A stretch of DNA of 38,133 nt from a virus (IMGVR_UViG_3300031836_000031:1-38133), one strand, 5' to 3'. Numbered from the stretch's first letter, positions 1 through 8,701 are shown. Numbers and translations: made by a program. The notes: a model not told the origin generated them from the sequence alone.

Positions 1-17
1 GGCCACGCAGCACGAAA

Positions 18-143
18 CGTCTTAGCCTCACGATATGGTTAGGCCAGCAACTACCCACTAAACCGAACGGCGACACATGGCAGAACATAGCGAGGCCAAA
101 CCGAAAGGGGGGCAACGTGGCGGCGGCCGACCGGCTATCGATT
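18..143 (+). repeat. Terminal direct repeat, left copy (126 bp; circular assembly overlap or terminal redundancy)
   Basis: 18-143 is identical to 38008-38133 (CGTCTTAGCCTCACG...GGCTATCGATT). Confidence 0.95.
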
Positions 144-634
144 CCAAAACGCGCGCGAAGGTCCGCAAGCTCGCCCGTGACGGGTTGAGCCAAAACGCTA
201 TCGCCAAGAAGGTCGGCATCGCTGGTTCAACTGTGAGCCGTATTTGTTCGACCGCTCGGCCGCCGATCCTGTTTGACCGGGCAAAGATGCGCGTTGCCAT
301 CGAGGCGCACACCATCGACCTCAAGGCCCGCCGTATTGAGCTCTCTCAGTTGCTCGTGCAGGACGCGTTCGATCTTCGACTGAAAGCGTGGTCGAAAAAG
401 CAGATAGTGATTATGACCCCGGATATGGCCGAGAACGGTCTGGAGCCTGTTGAGCTTGAGGTAGACCGCGAGGGCAAAGAGGTTCAATCCTTTTTTACCT
501 CGCTGGGCATCGTCCTCGATAAGCACCTGGTACTGACGCGTCACGATTCCGACGACCGCGACCTGAATGCCGTTGACGCCTGGATAGCTCATGTGCAGGG
601 GTCGGCTCCCGAAGTTCCCGAAGAATGGAAGTAG
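77..634 (+). CDS. terS: Terminase small subunit (N-terminal HTH)
   Basis: HTH (GLSQNAIAKKVGIAGSTVSRI) followed by a helical region; directly upstream of terL. Confidence 0.8.
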   Translation: MAEHSEAKPKGGQRGGGRPAIDSKTRAKVRKLARDGLSQNAIAKKVGIAGSTVSRICSTARPPILFDRAKMRVAIEAHTIDLKARRIELSQLLVQDAFDLRLKAWSKKQIVIMTPDMAENGLEPVELEVDREGKEVQSFFTSLGIVLDKHLVLTRHDSDDRDLNAVDAWIAHVQGSAPEVPEEWK

Positions 635-718
635 CGCGAGTGTTCGAACATTCAGACGAGAAACGGGCCGGATTACTTGACGTAATGATAGTTATCGGCG
701 GTAGCGCGGGCAATTGCC

Positions 719-2125
719 GTGGGTAGCACGCTTGAGGTTTTCACTGGCAAGCAGGTTATGGCGTCGAATCCGCCCGAACTCTGCGAAATCCTGTTCTTTG
801 AGGGCGCCGTCCGGTCGTCCAAAACCATCGTCTCGTTGCAATGGTGGGTCGGATTCCTCCGCCGTGCACCCGCCGGCCAAACCCTCATGGTCGGCGTGAC
901 GATCGACACCCTAATTCGCAACCTCCTAATGCCGTTACAAGAGCTCTACGGGGCTAATCGCATCACCTGGAGCCGCGGCACCGGCATGGCTAACATCCTC
1001 GGCCGTGACGTAATCATCATGGGCGCCTCCGATGTTCGATCATTTTCTAAAGTACAGGGGCTAACTCTCGTCGGCGCCTACGTCGATGAGCTCACAAACA
1101 TGCGCGAAGATTTCTTCGATATGTTGACATCTCGCATGTCGGCGCTCGGAGCCCGAATTATTGCCACCTGCAACCCCGAAGGCCCGAAGCACTGGCTACT
1201 CGTGAAGTACCTGAAACGGTGCAAGTGGTGGATTCAGCGCGACGGCACCCGCAAATTCGACACCGACGACGTGCAGATCAAAGGCAAGGCCGAAGTTCGC
1301 ATGCCGTGGATGCGCGTCACGTTCGTCCTGGAAGACAACGTGTGGCTGTGCCGGACGAACCCGACCTATGTTGAAAACATCAAGCGCAGCAAAACCGGCG
1401 TGTTCTACCGGCGAATGATCCTCGCCGAATGGGTCAGTGCTGACGGCATGGTCTACGACTCGTTCGACGTGAATAAGCACACGATCCCGCTGGAGCACCT
1501 GCCGACGATTGAGCGCGTCCTGTCCGCGTCTCTCGACTACGGGCAGAACCACGACACCCGCGGGTATCTGCTCGGCCTCGGGCAGTATCAGGTCAACGCC
1601 CGCACGGGCCTGCCCCGATGGAAGGCGCCGGCGTCGAAAGACCCGCACACCTCGCGCTACGGCCTGTTCATCCTGGCTGAGTACGCGCCCGCCGCGCAGA
1701 TGACCGTCGGCGCCCACGCCTCCGGTTTCGAGGCGTTCCTGAAAGCTCACGCACACTGGGGCGCACCTGAGTGGATATTCGTTGACCCGGCCGCTCTCGC
1801 GTTCAAGACCGAGCTATGGGCGCGCGGGCACACCAACGCCGTGGGAGCTCATAACAAGGTGCTGCCGGGGATTCAGACCGTGCAGGGCCTATTCGCCACC
1901 GGCGGCCTGTTTATTGTGACGGAGAATAACCCGCGACTGATCGACATGATTCCGGCATACATGTGGGACCAGAAAGCTGGGGAGCGCGGCGTTACTGCGG
2001 TTTTGAAGGAGAACGATGACGAAAATGACGGGATGCGGTACGCAATATTTTCGACCCGCGCGGCCTGGCGGCAGCACATCTCGTTAGCCCCGGTGAGTGA
2101 ATCCGAGCTAGAGCCGGCTGCCTGA
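719..2125 (+). CDS. terL: Terminase large subunit
   Basis: Walker A-like EGAVRSSKT, Walker B AYVDE, coupling motif ATCNP, nuclease motifs LDYG, DPAA and NDDENDGMRY; start uncertain. Confidence 0.95.
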   Translation: MGSTLEVFTGKQVMASNPPELCEILFFEGAVRSSKTIVSLQWWVGFLRRAPAGQTLMVGVTIDTLIRNLLMPLQELYGANRITWSRGTGMANILGRDVIIMGASDVRSFSKVQGLTLVGAYVDELTNMREDFFDMLTSRMSALGARIIATCNPEGPKHWLLVKYLKRCKWWIQRDGTRKFDTDDVQIKGKAEVRMPWMRVTFVLEDNVWLCRTNPTYVENIKRSKTGVFYRRMILAEWVSADGMVYDSFDVNKHTIPLEHLPTIERVLSASLDYGQNHDTRGYLLGLGQYQVNARTGLPRWKAPASKDPHTSRYGLFILAEYAPAAQMTVGAHASGFEAFLKAHAHWGAPEWIFVDPAALAFKTELWARGHTNAVGAHNKVLPGIQTVQGLFATGGLFIVTENNPRLIDMIPAYMWDQKAGERGVTAVLKENDDENDGMRYAIFSTRAAWRQHISLAPVSESELEPAA

Positions 2126-2220
2126 GTTGCCCGCCTAATTGCCCAGACAACCGTCACGCGGTAACCTGACAGGAGAGCACGGCGCGGCGGGTCCGGCCAC
2201 TCGACCCCCTGAGTGAACGG

Positions 2221-3855
2221 ATGCCCCGCCCCATGCCATTGCCCGCGAACAAATCCACGTGGCCCCCGGCGAAGCACGCCCGGCGCTACCGTGACGCGAA
2301 ACTGAACCTCACATGGTTGGGCGGCGATCCGTCGGCCCTGTCGGCCGCGTATGGCGGGACGTATCAGGGCGCGCAGCAAGTCACGAGCGCGAGCACCGGC
2401 GGTGGTGCCTTCTCCCGTGCGGTCGCCGCGATCAAAGCCGAGTTCTGGGGCACTCAGGCCACCGGCGAACTCGACTCGAAACGACACTCACCGGTCGCCG
2501 AGGACATAGCCCGCACGAAGGCTGAACTGATGTATGCCGAAGAGCCCCGGTTCACGATTGACGGACCGCTGTACGACGCTGACGGCCCGAACAACGCTGA
2601 TGGCAACCCGGAATACCTCAAGGGCGATCCGCGGCCTGAGACGGTCGCCGCGCAAACTCGCCTCGATGAGCTCGTGGATAAGTCGAACCTGTACGCCACG
2701 CTGCTCGCCGGTGCCGAGTTGGGCGCCGCGCTCGGCTGCTACGGCCTGCGCGTCGCCGTCGATCAGGAGCGGATGCCCGACCGGCCGACGATTGCCGGTG
2801 TCGATGCGTTGCACCTGATCCCGGAATACTCGTGGGGTGTGCTCGTCGCGGTCACGTTCTGGCGCGTTGTGCACTCCACCGATACGGAGCTCTGGCGACA
2901 CCTAGAACGCCACGAGGGTGGAAAGGTCTTCCACGGACTGTATAAGGGCACCAGCGACAACCTCGGAATGGCGCAGCCGCTCACCGACCTGACTGAGCTG
3001 GCAGACCTTGCCGTCGATGCTGATGGCGCTGTGACGCTCTCGGCCGCCCGGTACCTAACCGGTGTGAGCATCCCCAACGCGCTGCCCGACCCGCTCGACC
3101 TCGAAAACAATGCTGGCCGATCCGACTTCACCCCCGCGGTGCGTGACCTGTTCAGCGCCGCGGATGAGTTCTACACCCGCCTCATGGAGTCCGTAGATGA
3201 CGGCCGTTCGCGCCTCATCATCGCCGACTACTTGCTCAACTCGGCCGGTAAGGGGCAGGGCCTCACGTTCGACCGTGACGAGCGCATGATGCGCCGTGTA
3301 AGTATGCCGCCTGCCGAAGACAGTTCGGGGAAACTCCCGATTGAACAGATCGAATTCGACCTGAAAGTGGCCGAATATCTGCTGGGTTTTGAGGCTATGC
3401 GGGAGAACGCGATCAAGGCCGCCGGCTACAACCCGCAGACGATGGGCGACAGCGGCGAGGTCGCGATGACGGCGACCGAGTACGCCGGCAAGAATAAGCG
3501 GTCGATGAGCACCCGGGGCAAGTCGATCCGGTATGCCCGGCCGTTGCTCGCGCAATTGCTCACCGCGCTCGTGTCTGTCGATGTGCAGGAATTCAAGCCA
3601 AAGGGCGCCGACGGTTCCGCGATCATCGCGTACCCGGTGCGTGTGGAGTTCCCCCAGGCAATCCAGCCGACGATGACCGAGCTGGTCACGAACGCGAAGG
3701 CCCTGAAAGAGTCGGGCGGTTCGGCCGAGGAAGTCGTGCGCGCCACCTACCCGGGCAAGAGTGACGCCGAGGTGCGCGTGCTCGCCACAAAACGCCTCGA
3801 AGAGCTCACACCGGTGGACCCGCTCTCATTCGGCACGGCCGGGGCCGGACTGTGA
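2221..3855 (+). CDS. Portal protein (SPP1/A118-like)
   Basis: 544 aa after terL; LERHE, GRSDF and AMTATE motifs typical of A118-type portals; start may be ATG 2233. Confidence 0.9.
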   Translation: MPRPMPLPANKSTWPPAKHARRYRDAKLNLTWLGGDPSALSAAYGGTYQGAQQVTSASTGGGAFSRAVAAIKAEFWGTQATGELDSKRHSPVAEDIARTKAELMYAEEPRFTIDGPLYDADGPNNADGNPEYLKGDPRPETVAAQTRLDELVDKSNLYATLLAGAELGAALGCYGLRVAVDQERMPDRPTIAGVDALHLIPEYSWGVLVAVTFWRVVHSTDTELWRHLERHEGGKVFHGLYKGTSDNLGMAQPLTDLTELADLAVDADGAVTLSAARYLTGVSIPNALPDPLDLENNAGRSDFTPAVRDLFSAADEFYTRLMESVDDGRSRLIIADYLLNSAGKGQGLTFDRDERMMRRVSMPPAEDSSGKLPIEQIEFDLKVAEYLLGFEAMRENAIKAAGYNPQTMGDSGEVAMTATEYAGKNKRSMSTRGKSIRYARPLLAQLLTALVSVDVQEFKPKGADGSAIIAYPVRVEFPQAIQPTMTELVTNAKALKESGGSAEEVVRATYPGKSDAEVRVLATKRLEELTPVDPLSFGTAGAGL

Positions 3856-4025
3856 CCGCGGCAGGGATGCCGGCCGACCGCAACGCCGAACGCGTCATGC
3901 GCGCCGCCCTGGCAAAGGCTGCCAAGGCCCGGCAGTACGCCGAATTCGTCCCCACGTCGTATGAAGAACGCCGATTCGAGGGGAAGGTGCGCGAACCCCG
4001 CCGCACCCGCCAGCCGGCCGTGTAG
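3852..4025 (+). CDS. Small hypothetical protein (57 aa; below the ORF-track cutoff)
   Basis: GTGA overlap with the portal stop; reads MTAAGMPADRNAERVMRAALAKAAKARQYAEF...QPAV* and fills the gap. Confidence 0.55.
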   Translation: MTAAGMPADRNAERVMRAALAKAAKARQYAEFVPTSYEERRFEGKVREPRRTRQPAV

Positions 4026-4055
4026 TTGCGTGCGCAATCACCTAGGGGGTAGGGT
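4025..4055 (+). promoter_or_regulatory. SigA-type promoter with overlapping operator (cassette 1)
   Basis: TTGCGT(4026-4031)-18 bp-TAGGGT(4050-4055); operator GTTGCGTGCGCAAT at 4025-4038. Confidence 0.65.
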
Positions 4056-4085
4056 GTGACTAAACCCCCGACGAAAGAGGAAACC

Positions 4086-4568
4086 ATGACCGACACATTT
4101 ACCCAGTACGGCGTGACCCGTACCGACGGCGCAACGTTCTGGCCTGACGGTGACAACCACCTGCTAATCCCGCAGCCGGGTATCCCCAGCTTCTGCACCG
4201 ACGCGACCGACCTGGACGGACTGCGCCGGGCCGTGGCGACCGGCACCAGCATTGCCATGCGCATCGTGCAGCGTACCGTGACCTATGGCGAGCCCGTGGC
4301 GGTCCCTGATCCTCGCCCGACCGAGCCCGGATGGTACTTCGACACAGACGGCGAGATGTGGCGGGTTAGCGACTCGGGGCACCTGTTCTCTGTCGAGCGC
4401 GACGCACCGATCAGCAACATCTGGGGGCCATTCGACCGAGCGCGCCCCGAGGCCGAATTGGTTGCCGAGGTGATTGGCAAGCTAACCGACTTGTACGACA
4501 CATCATTCGGCAGCACATCCCGTGAAGATCGCGCCACAGTCGCCGCAGAGTACGGGGTGACCCTGTGA
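4086..4568 (+). CDS. Hypothetical protein (contains DxDG-x-W...GPF module)
   Basis: RBS GAAAGAGG before ATG 4086; overlaps the next gene start. Confidence 0.75.
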   Translation: MTDTFTQYGVTRTDGATFWPDGDNHLLIPQPGIPSFCTDATDLDGLRRAVATGTSIAMRIVQRTVTYGEPVAVPDPRPTEPGWYFDTDGEMWRVSDSGHLFSVERDAPISNIWGPFDRARPEAELVAEVIGKLTDLYDTSFGSTSREDRATVAAEYGVTL

Positions 4569-4957
4569 CCGCCGCTGAGGTAGCCGCGGAATGGAAAGCG
4601 CTGGACCTCGAAACCCGCATCCAGTCGCCCTCCGAAATGCGCCGCGTTCTAATGACCTGGAGTAAGGCTGAACTGATTTCAGCGCTAATCCGGGCCGAAT
4701 CCGACGCCATCACCGCCAACCGCAAGAAACTGAACGCATGGGCCGAAGCTCAAGAGGTGCGCGCCAATCGGCTCATACTCCCACGCGAGACGCGGGCGCA
4801 CCGGCTCGGGTTTGCCGACCCGTTCAACGCGTGGCTGACCATCAACAAGGGCCAGATGCTCGACGCCAGAACCGTGTTTCTCGAAGGATGGAAGGCGCAC
4901 GCCAAGGCCACCGAAGCCCTCGACGGCCGGGCGCCGACCGAGGAAATGGGACTTTAG
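4565..4957 (+). CDS. Hypothetical protein
   Basis: GTGA overlap with the upstream gene; 130 aa, helical. Confidence 0.7.
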   Translation: MTAAEVAAEWKALDLETRIQSPSEMRRVLMTWSKAELISALIRAESDAITANRKKLNAWAEAQEVRANRLILPRETRAHRLGFADPFNAWLTINKGQMLDARTVFLEGWKAHAKATEALDGRAPTEEMGL

Positions 4958-4961
4958 CCGC

Positions 4962-6887
4962 ATGATTACCCCCGAGCTGGGCGCCGAGTACGGGCAGAAG
5001 GTAGCCGAAATCTACCGGGATGCAGAGCTCCGCATCCTGGCCCGGATTTCGGCGGCCCTCGGGGTTGGCACCGACGCCCCCGACTGGAACGTGCGCGCAC
5101 TCGCGCAGGTGCAACAGGTCCGAAAGATTACCCTCGAAGAGCTCCGCAAAGCATCACCCGAAGCCGCCGCAATGATCCGCGCCTCACTCGCCGAAGCGTA
5201 CGGGTTGGGCGGCCTCGCTGTGTTCGATGACGTGGGCGCCGCACTGCCCCTGATCGAAGGTATGCCGCAAGCTCAGCGGGCCGCTGTAGGCGCTCTGGCG
5301 ACGGAACTAACCACGGCGATCAACTCCGCCACCCCCGGCATTCTCCGGGCCGTAGACGATGTTTACCGGGAAGTCGTGGCCGACGCGATCGGTTCACGGC
5401 TGACCGGCGGCGAATTCCAGCGTGAGGCCGTTCAGCGATCCTTGCAACGATTCCTAGGCGACGGCATCAAGACTGTGCAGACCGGCCGCGGGCGCATGGG
5501 TATCGGCGATTATGTGCACATGGCCGTGAGGACCGGGACTACGCGGGCATCCTTGCAGGGCCAGTTCGACACGATGAGCGCAAACGGGCTAGACCTCATT
5601 ATCGTTTCGCCGGGGCCGCGTGCGTGCAGTATTTGCGACCGGTGGGCTCGGCTCATCCTGACAACCAACACGACGACGAAGCGCAAGCCGGACACGTCCC
5701 TGGCAACCGGGCGCGCCGTTGCTGTGCGCGTTGACGGGACCCTGGCCGAAGCGCGTTTAGCCGGCGTATTCCACCCGAACTGTTTCCCGTCATTCGTGCC
5801 GGTTGCCTCGCCTACGGGCATCGTCGGCGGGGATTCGCGTTGGTTTGAGGGTGAGGTCGTCGTCATCCACACAGCCGCCGGTCGAGAAATCACCGTTACC
5901 CCAAACCATCCGATACTGACGGCGGAAGGCTGGATCGAAGCAGGAGCGCTCCACGAAGGCAGCAATCTGGTCAGCTACGGCGGGGACAGTGGAGACGGTC
6001 AGGGGGTAGTTAGTGGTGCTCCAGATCATCAGTACGTTGAAACCCCTATCGGCGAGGTCTACGAGGCGCTGAGGCAGTCGAGCCATACCGTGACCACTCA
6101 TGTGCCAGGTTCCGCCGAACAATTCCACGGCGACGGTATCGTCAATTCCGAAGTCGAGATTGTACTTTCCGACCGCCTGCTGGGCGCGGAAGGGAATCCC
6201 ACGAGCTTCAAGGGCGCGGCCCAGCATCGCCTCGCCCTCGCTAGCGCCGACGCCGGATCGTTCCTTGCCGAGCGCGCGGCGTTCGAGGTCAGCCTGAGTG
6301 CGCTTCACGCCGCTCACGGCGTCATGGGCGGCGAGGGAGAGCTGAGCGCGTTCCTCGGGGGTGGCCTGAGCCATGCGGAGGAACATGGAATCGGAGCGGT
6401 TGCGAACGGGGACGCCGGCAGCTTTGAGCCGGTTGCTGATGACGGAGCGGCTAACGCCGAGGGAGGCCGCAAGCTGCTTGCTGCTCTCGCCGGCCTTGTA
6501 GCGCTCGATCAGGTGAGCCACGTCGAGCGTCGTGATTTTCGGGGCCATGTGTTCAATCTCCAAACGGGAAGTGGCTGGTATACGGCTAATTCCATTGTAG
6601 TGCATAACTGCCGTTGCTCATCCAAAACCTACCTGCCGGGCATCACAGAGCCGTCTGAACTCCAGCGGCCGGCATGGGACCAGGAGGGCTATGAAGCGCA
6701 ATCTCGGCAACGCCAGATCGAATTGGGCATCCGGCAGGCCAAGACCTCGCAGGCCATCGCCATCACTCCCGAGGGGCGCGCACGGGCCGCTGCACGGGTG
6801 AAGGATGGGCAGGCGGTTATGCGTGCACATTTGGCCGAGAATACTTATCTAAAACGGCAGTCTTCTCGGGAGCAGTTGCGCGGGTAA
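4962..6887 (+). CDS. Minor capsid / head morphogenesis protein (MuF / phage minor capsid 2-like) precursor containing an intein
   Basis: Position after portal; YVHMAVRT, CSICDRW and FHPN|CRC motifs; removing the intein gives 365 aa with FHPNCRC restored. Confidence 0.9.
   Translation: MITPELGAEYGQKVAEIYRDAELRILARISAALGVGTDAPDWNVRALAQVQQVRKITLEELRKASPEAAAMIRASLAEAYGLGGLAVFDDVGAALPLIEGMPQAQRAAVGALATELTTAINSATPGILRAVDDVYREVVADAIGSRLTGGEFQREAVQRSLQRFLGDGIKTVQTGRGRMGIGDYVHMAVRTGTTRASLQGQFDTMSANGLDLIIVSPGPRACSICDRWARLILTTNTTTKRKPDTSLATGRAVAVRVDGTLAEARLAGVFHPNCFPSFVPVASPTGIVGGDSRWFEGEVVVIHTAAGREITVTPNHPILTAEGWIEAGALHEGSNLVSYGGDSGDGQGVVSGAPDHQYVETPIGEVYEALRQSSHTVTTHVPGSAEQFHGDGIVNSEVEIVLSDRLLGAEGNPTSFKGAAQHRLALASADAGSFLAERAAFEVSLSALHAAHGVMGGEGELSAFLGGGLSHAEEHGIGAVANGDAGSFEPVADDGAANAEGGRKLLAALAGLVALDQVSHVERRDFRGHVFNLQTGSGWYTANSIVVHNCRCSSKTYLPGITEPSELQRPAWDQEGYEAQSRQRQIELGIRQAKTSQAIAITPEGRARAAARVKDGQAVMRAHLAENTYLKRQSSREQLRG
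5781..6608 (+). mobile_element. Class 1 intein, 276 aa, inserted in the HPN/CRC motif of the minor capsid protein
   Basis: Block A CFPSFVPV, block B ITVTPNHPILT, block F VFNLQT, block G IVVHN followed by +1 Cys. Confidence 0.93.
5790..6548 (-). CDS. Antisense, intein-nested homing endonuclease candidate: N-terminal HTH plus Vsr/DUF559-like nuclease (252 aa)
   Basis: HTH YKAGESSKQLAASLGVSRSVISNRLKAAGV; nuclease pattern SEGEAMLGRALEARGIPFRAQQAVGKYNLDFGIDDTVAVELFGGTWH...LADRGFNVLMIW; GGAG 9 nt before ATG 6548; TACAAT at 6599-6594. Confidence 0.8.
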   Translation of the reverse strand: MAPKITTLDVAHLIERYKAGESSKQLAASLGVSRSVISNRLKAAGVPVRNRSDSMFLRMAQATPEERAQLSLAAHDAVSGVKRTQADLERRALGKERSGVGASEGEAMLGRALEARGIPFRAQQAVGKYNLDFGIDDTVAVELFGGTWHMSGHGMARLPQRLVDLADRGFNVLMIWSTTNYPLTVSTVPAVADQIAAFVERSCFDPAFRRQYRMVWGNGDFSTGGCVDDDDLTLKPTRIPADDARRRGNRHE

Positions 6888-6905
6888 CCACCAGTGGGGT
6901 ATAGT
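6875..6905 (+). promoter_or_regulatory. SigA-type promoter with overlapping operator (cassette 2)
   Basis: TTGCGC(6876-6881)-18 bp-TATAGT(6900-6905); operator GTTGCGCGGGTAAC at 6875-6888 overlaps the minor capsid stop codon. Confidence 0.75.
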
Positions 6906-6934
6906 AGAACTACACACCAACGAAAGGGTGCCCA

Positions 6935-7141
6935 ATGTTCCAGCTCACCGAAACCCCCGCCGACCAGATCACCGCCGGAATGCTCGTGCACTGCTCGTCC
7001 ACCTTCGCTCCGAAGCGCAACGCCTCGGTCGAATCCGCTGAGACGATCGAGGGCACCGTTCACCTGGAGGTATCCGACGGATTCGGCCGCATGTTCCACG
7101 AGGAATTCGACGCCGATACCCTCGTAACCGTGCTCACCTAA
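6935..7141 (+). CDS. Small acidic hypothetical protein (beta-rich)
   Basis: CGAAAGGG RBS; first gene after the promoter. Confidence 0.75.
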   Translation: MFQLTETPADQITAGMLVHCSSTFAPKRNASVESAETIEGTVHLEVSDGFGRMFHEEFDADTLVTVLT

Positions 7142-7205
7142 CACCCCGCATTATCCGGCCTCGGGCATCCGCTCGGGGCTGGCACCACCCGACGAAAGGG
7201 ACACC

Positions 7206-7523
7206 ATGACCGAGAATGAACCGACCGAGGCCCCGTCCACTCCGACGACCGAGCAAGTGCGGGATATGTACGAGTTTGGCGTGCGAGAGGCCGACAGGCA
7301 CCATGTACCCATCGACGTTCCCGAAGCGATGGCCATGTTTGACCGGTGGCTGGCAGGCCGTGATGCAAGGATTCGCGCTGAGGTGCTGGAGGAAGCCGCA
7401 CAGTCCGCCGACGGGTTCGGAATTATCGGAGTCAAGGCCGCGGATGACACGTACTGGGGCGGTCACAACGACGCCGCCGTGAAGATCAGGGATGCCATCC
7501 GCGCCAAGGTCAAGGGGGCCTAG
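7206..7523 (+). CDS. Hypothetical protein
   Basis: CGAAAGGG RBS; the pattern AMFDRWLAGRDARIRAEVLEEAA resembles small actinophage proteins as I recall them. Confidence 0.8.
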   Translation: MTENEPTEAPSTPTTEQVRDMYEFGVREADRHHVPIDVPEAMAMFDRWLAGRDARIRAEVLEEAAQSADGFGIIGVKAADDTYWGGHNDAAVKIRDAIRAKVKGA

Positions 7524-7525
7524 CC

Positions 7526-7897
7526 ATGACTGCCACTAACCTGACCCCGTTCGAGGCCGCCCGCGATGCTGTAATTGACCGCGTGACTGCCGTGACTGCC
7601 GAACCGAGCGCGCCGGCCCGGATCGGCACGGCCCTCCATGCAACCGTCTATGAGATTGAGGAAGCGCTCGACCGCTTGCCCCGCGTCTCGCTGCCATCCG
7701 TACTGCGTGAGGCGCTCGTCAAGGTCCTACAGGAGGGCTCTGACGCCTACTGGACCGCAGCCCGCCCGAGCCACGGTGCCAAGGTCACCCCAACGGATGA
7801 GGCCGTGCTGGCCCTGGCCCGCAAGATCAACGAGGTCACAGCGCCCCGCCTTGACATGCTTGCCGCTATCGCTGCGGCCCGTGGGGCTAACTCGTGA
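7526..7897 (+). CDS. Hypothetical protein
   Basis: Tightly packed in the operon; AAGGGG RBS. Confidence 0.7.
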   Translation: MTATNLTPFEAARDAVIDRVTAVTAEPSAPARIGTALHATVYEIEEALDRLPRVSLPSVLREALVKVLQEGSDAYWTAARPSHGAKVTPTDEAVLALARKINEVTAPRLDMLAAIAAARGANS

Positions 7898-8235
7898 GTG
7901 CCGCTGAGCGTGCCCGCGCGGTACTCGCCACCTATGACACCCACGACCCAGCGACGACCAACGCCGGGGGATTTTACAGGTCAGGGGAGGCCGTAGAGCA
8001 TTACAGCCTGATCGACACCGCCGCCGAAATGGCCGCCATTCTGCACGAGCTCGTGGACGCCGACCCGCAGGGAGCCGTCAAGGTGGGTGACCTCGACCCT
8101 GAGCCTGATTGGGAGGGCGATTTTTGCGCGACTGATACGCGGTGCAGCCTGCATATTGGACACACCGGGGCGCACCTATCGGTCAGTCTCAACCCCCTGA
8201 CCGGCCGGGCCACAGTGATGCAGGTGTGGGCGTGA
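7894..8235 (+). CDS. Hypothetical protein with C-terminal Cys/His motif
   Basis: GTGA overlap; C-x5-C-x4-GH-x-G-x-H putative metal-binding motif. Confidence 0.7.
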   Translation: MSAAERARAVLATYDTHDPATTNAGGFYRSGEAVEHYSLIDTAAEMAAILHELVDADPQGAVKVGDLDPEPDWEGDFCATDTRCSLHIGHTGAHLSVSLNPLTGRATVMQVWA

Positions 8236-8411
8236 CCCCCGAAGAGTATGAGCGCTGGCTGACCATCCGCACGGCCGAGCGTGGCCGTATGGCCGCCGAG
8301 CAATTCCGCAAGCCGCCGGCGGAGCGCTACGTGCATACCGACGACCGTCTCGCCGACCTGCTCGACAACCTCGCCGCGATAGCCGAACGCGAAGCGGGGC
8401 GCGAAGCGTGA
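8232..8411 (+). CDS. Small hypothetical protein
   Basis: GTGA overlaps at both ends; MTPEEYERWL... Confidence 0.65.
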   Translation: MTPEEYERWLTIRTAERGRMAAEQFRKPPAERYVHTDDRLADLLDNLAAIAEREAGREA

Positions 8412-8701
8412 GCTACGACGTGGACGTGGGCGACGAGTCTTTCAACATGACCTCAAACATGAGTAAGTTTTTTGTCCACTACGGCGTTTATCCGCCCGAG
8501 CTCGACGCAAAGCCCGCGCTCGACGTGGCCGTGTGCATCGAGGCCGCGCTGCAATCCATCATGGCGACCGACACGGACAAGCTCGACACGTTCGATGACC
8601 CCGGCGGCTGGGGCAATTGGTCCGCGGCCGTCGGCTTTCTGCGCGAGATTCGGGCCGCCTGCTGTCGAGTTCCTGGCGACACCGTGCGCGTGTCGTGGTA
8701 G
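8408..8701 (+). CDS. Hypothetical protein
   Basis: MSYDV...NMTSNM...GWGNW pattern recalled from a common phage family of unknown function; GTGA overlap. Confidence 0.8.
   Translation: MSYDVDVGDESFNMTSNMSKFFVHYGVYPPELDAKPALDVAVCIEAALQSIMATDTDKLDTFDDPGGWGNWSAAVGFLREIRAACCRVPGDTVRVSW

Noticed and set aside
6549-6605. ATG 6605 as the start of the antisense nuclease
   Set aside because: It has no RBS and lies upstream of the TACAAT box. ATG 6548 has GGAG at suitable spacing and starts right before the HTH.
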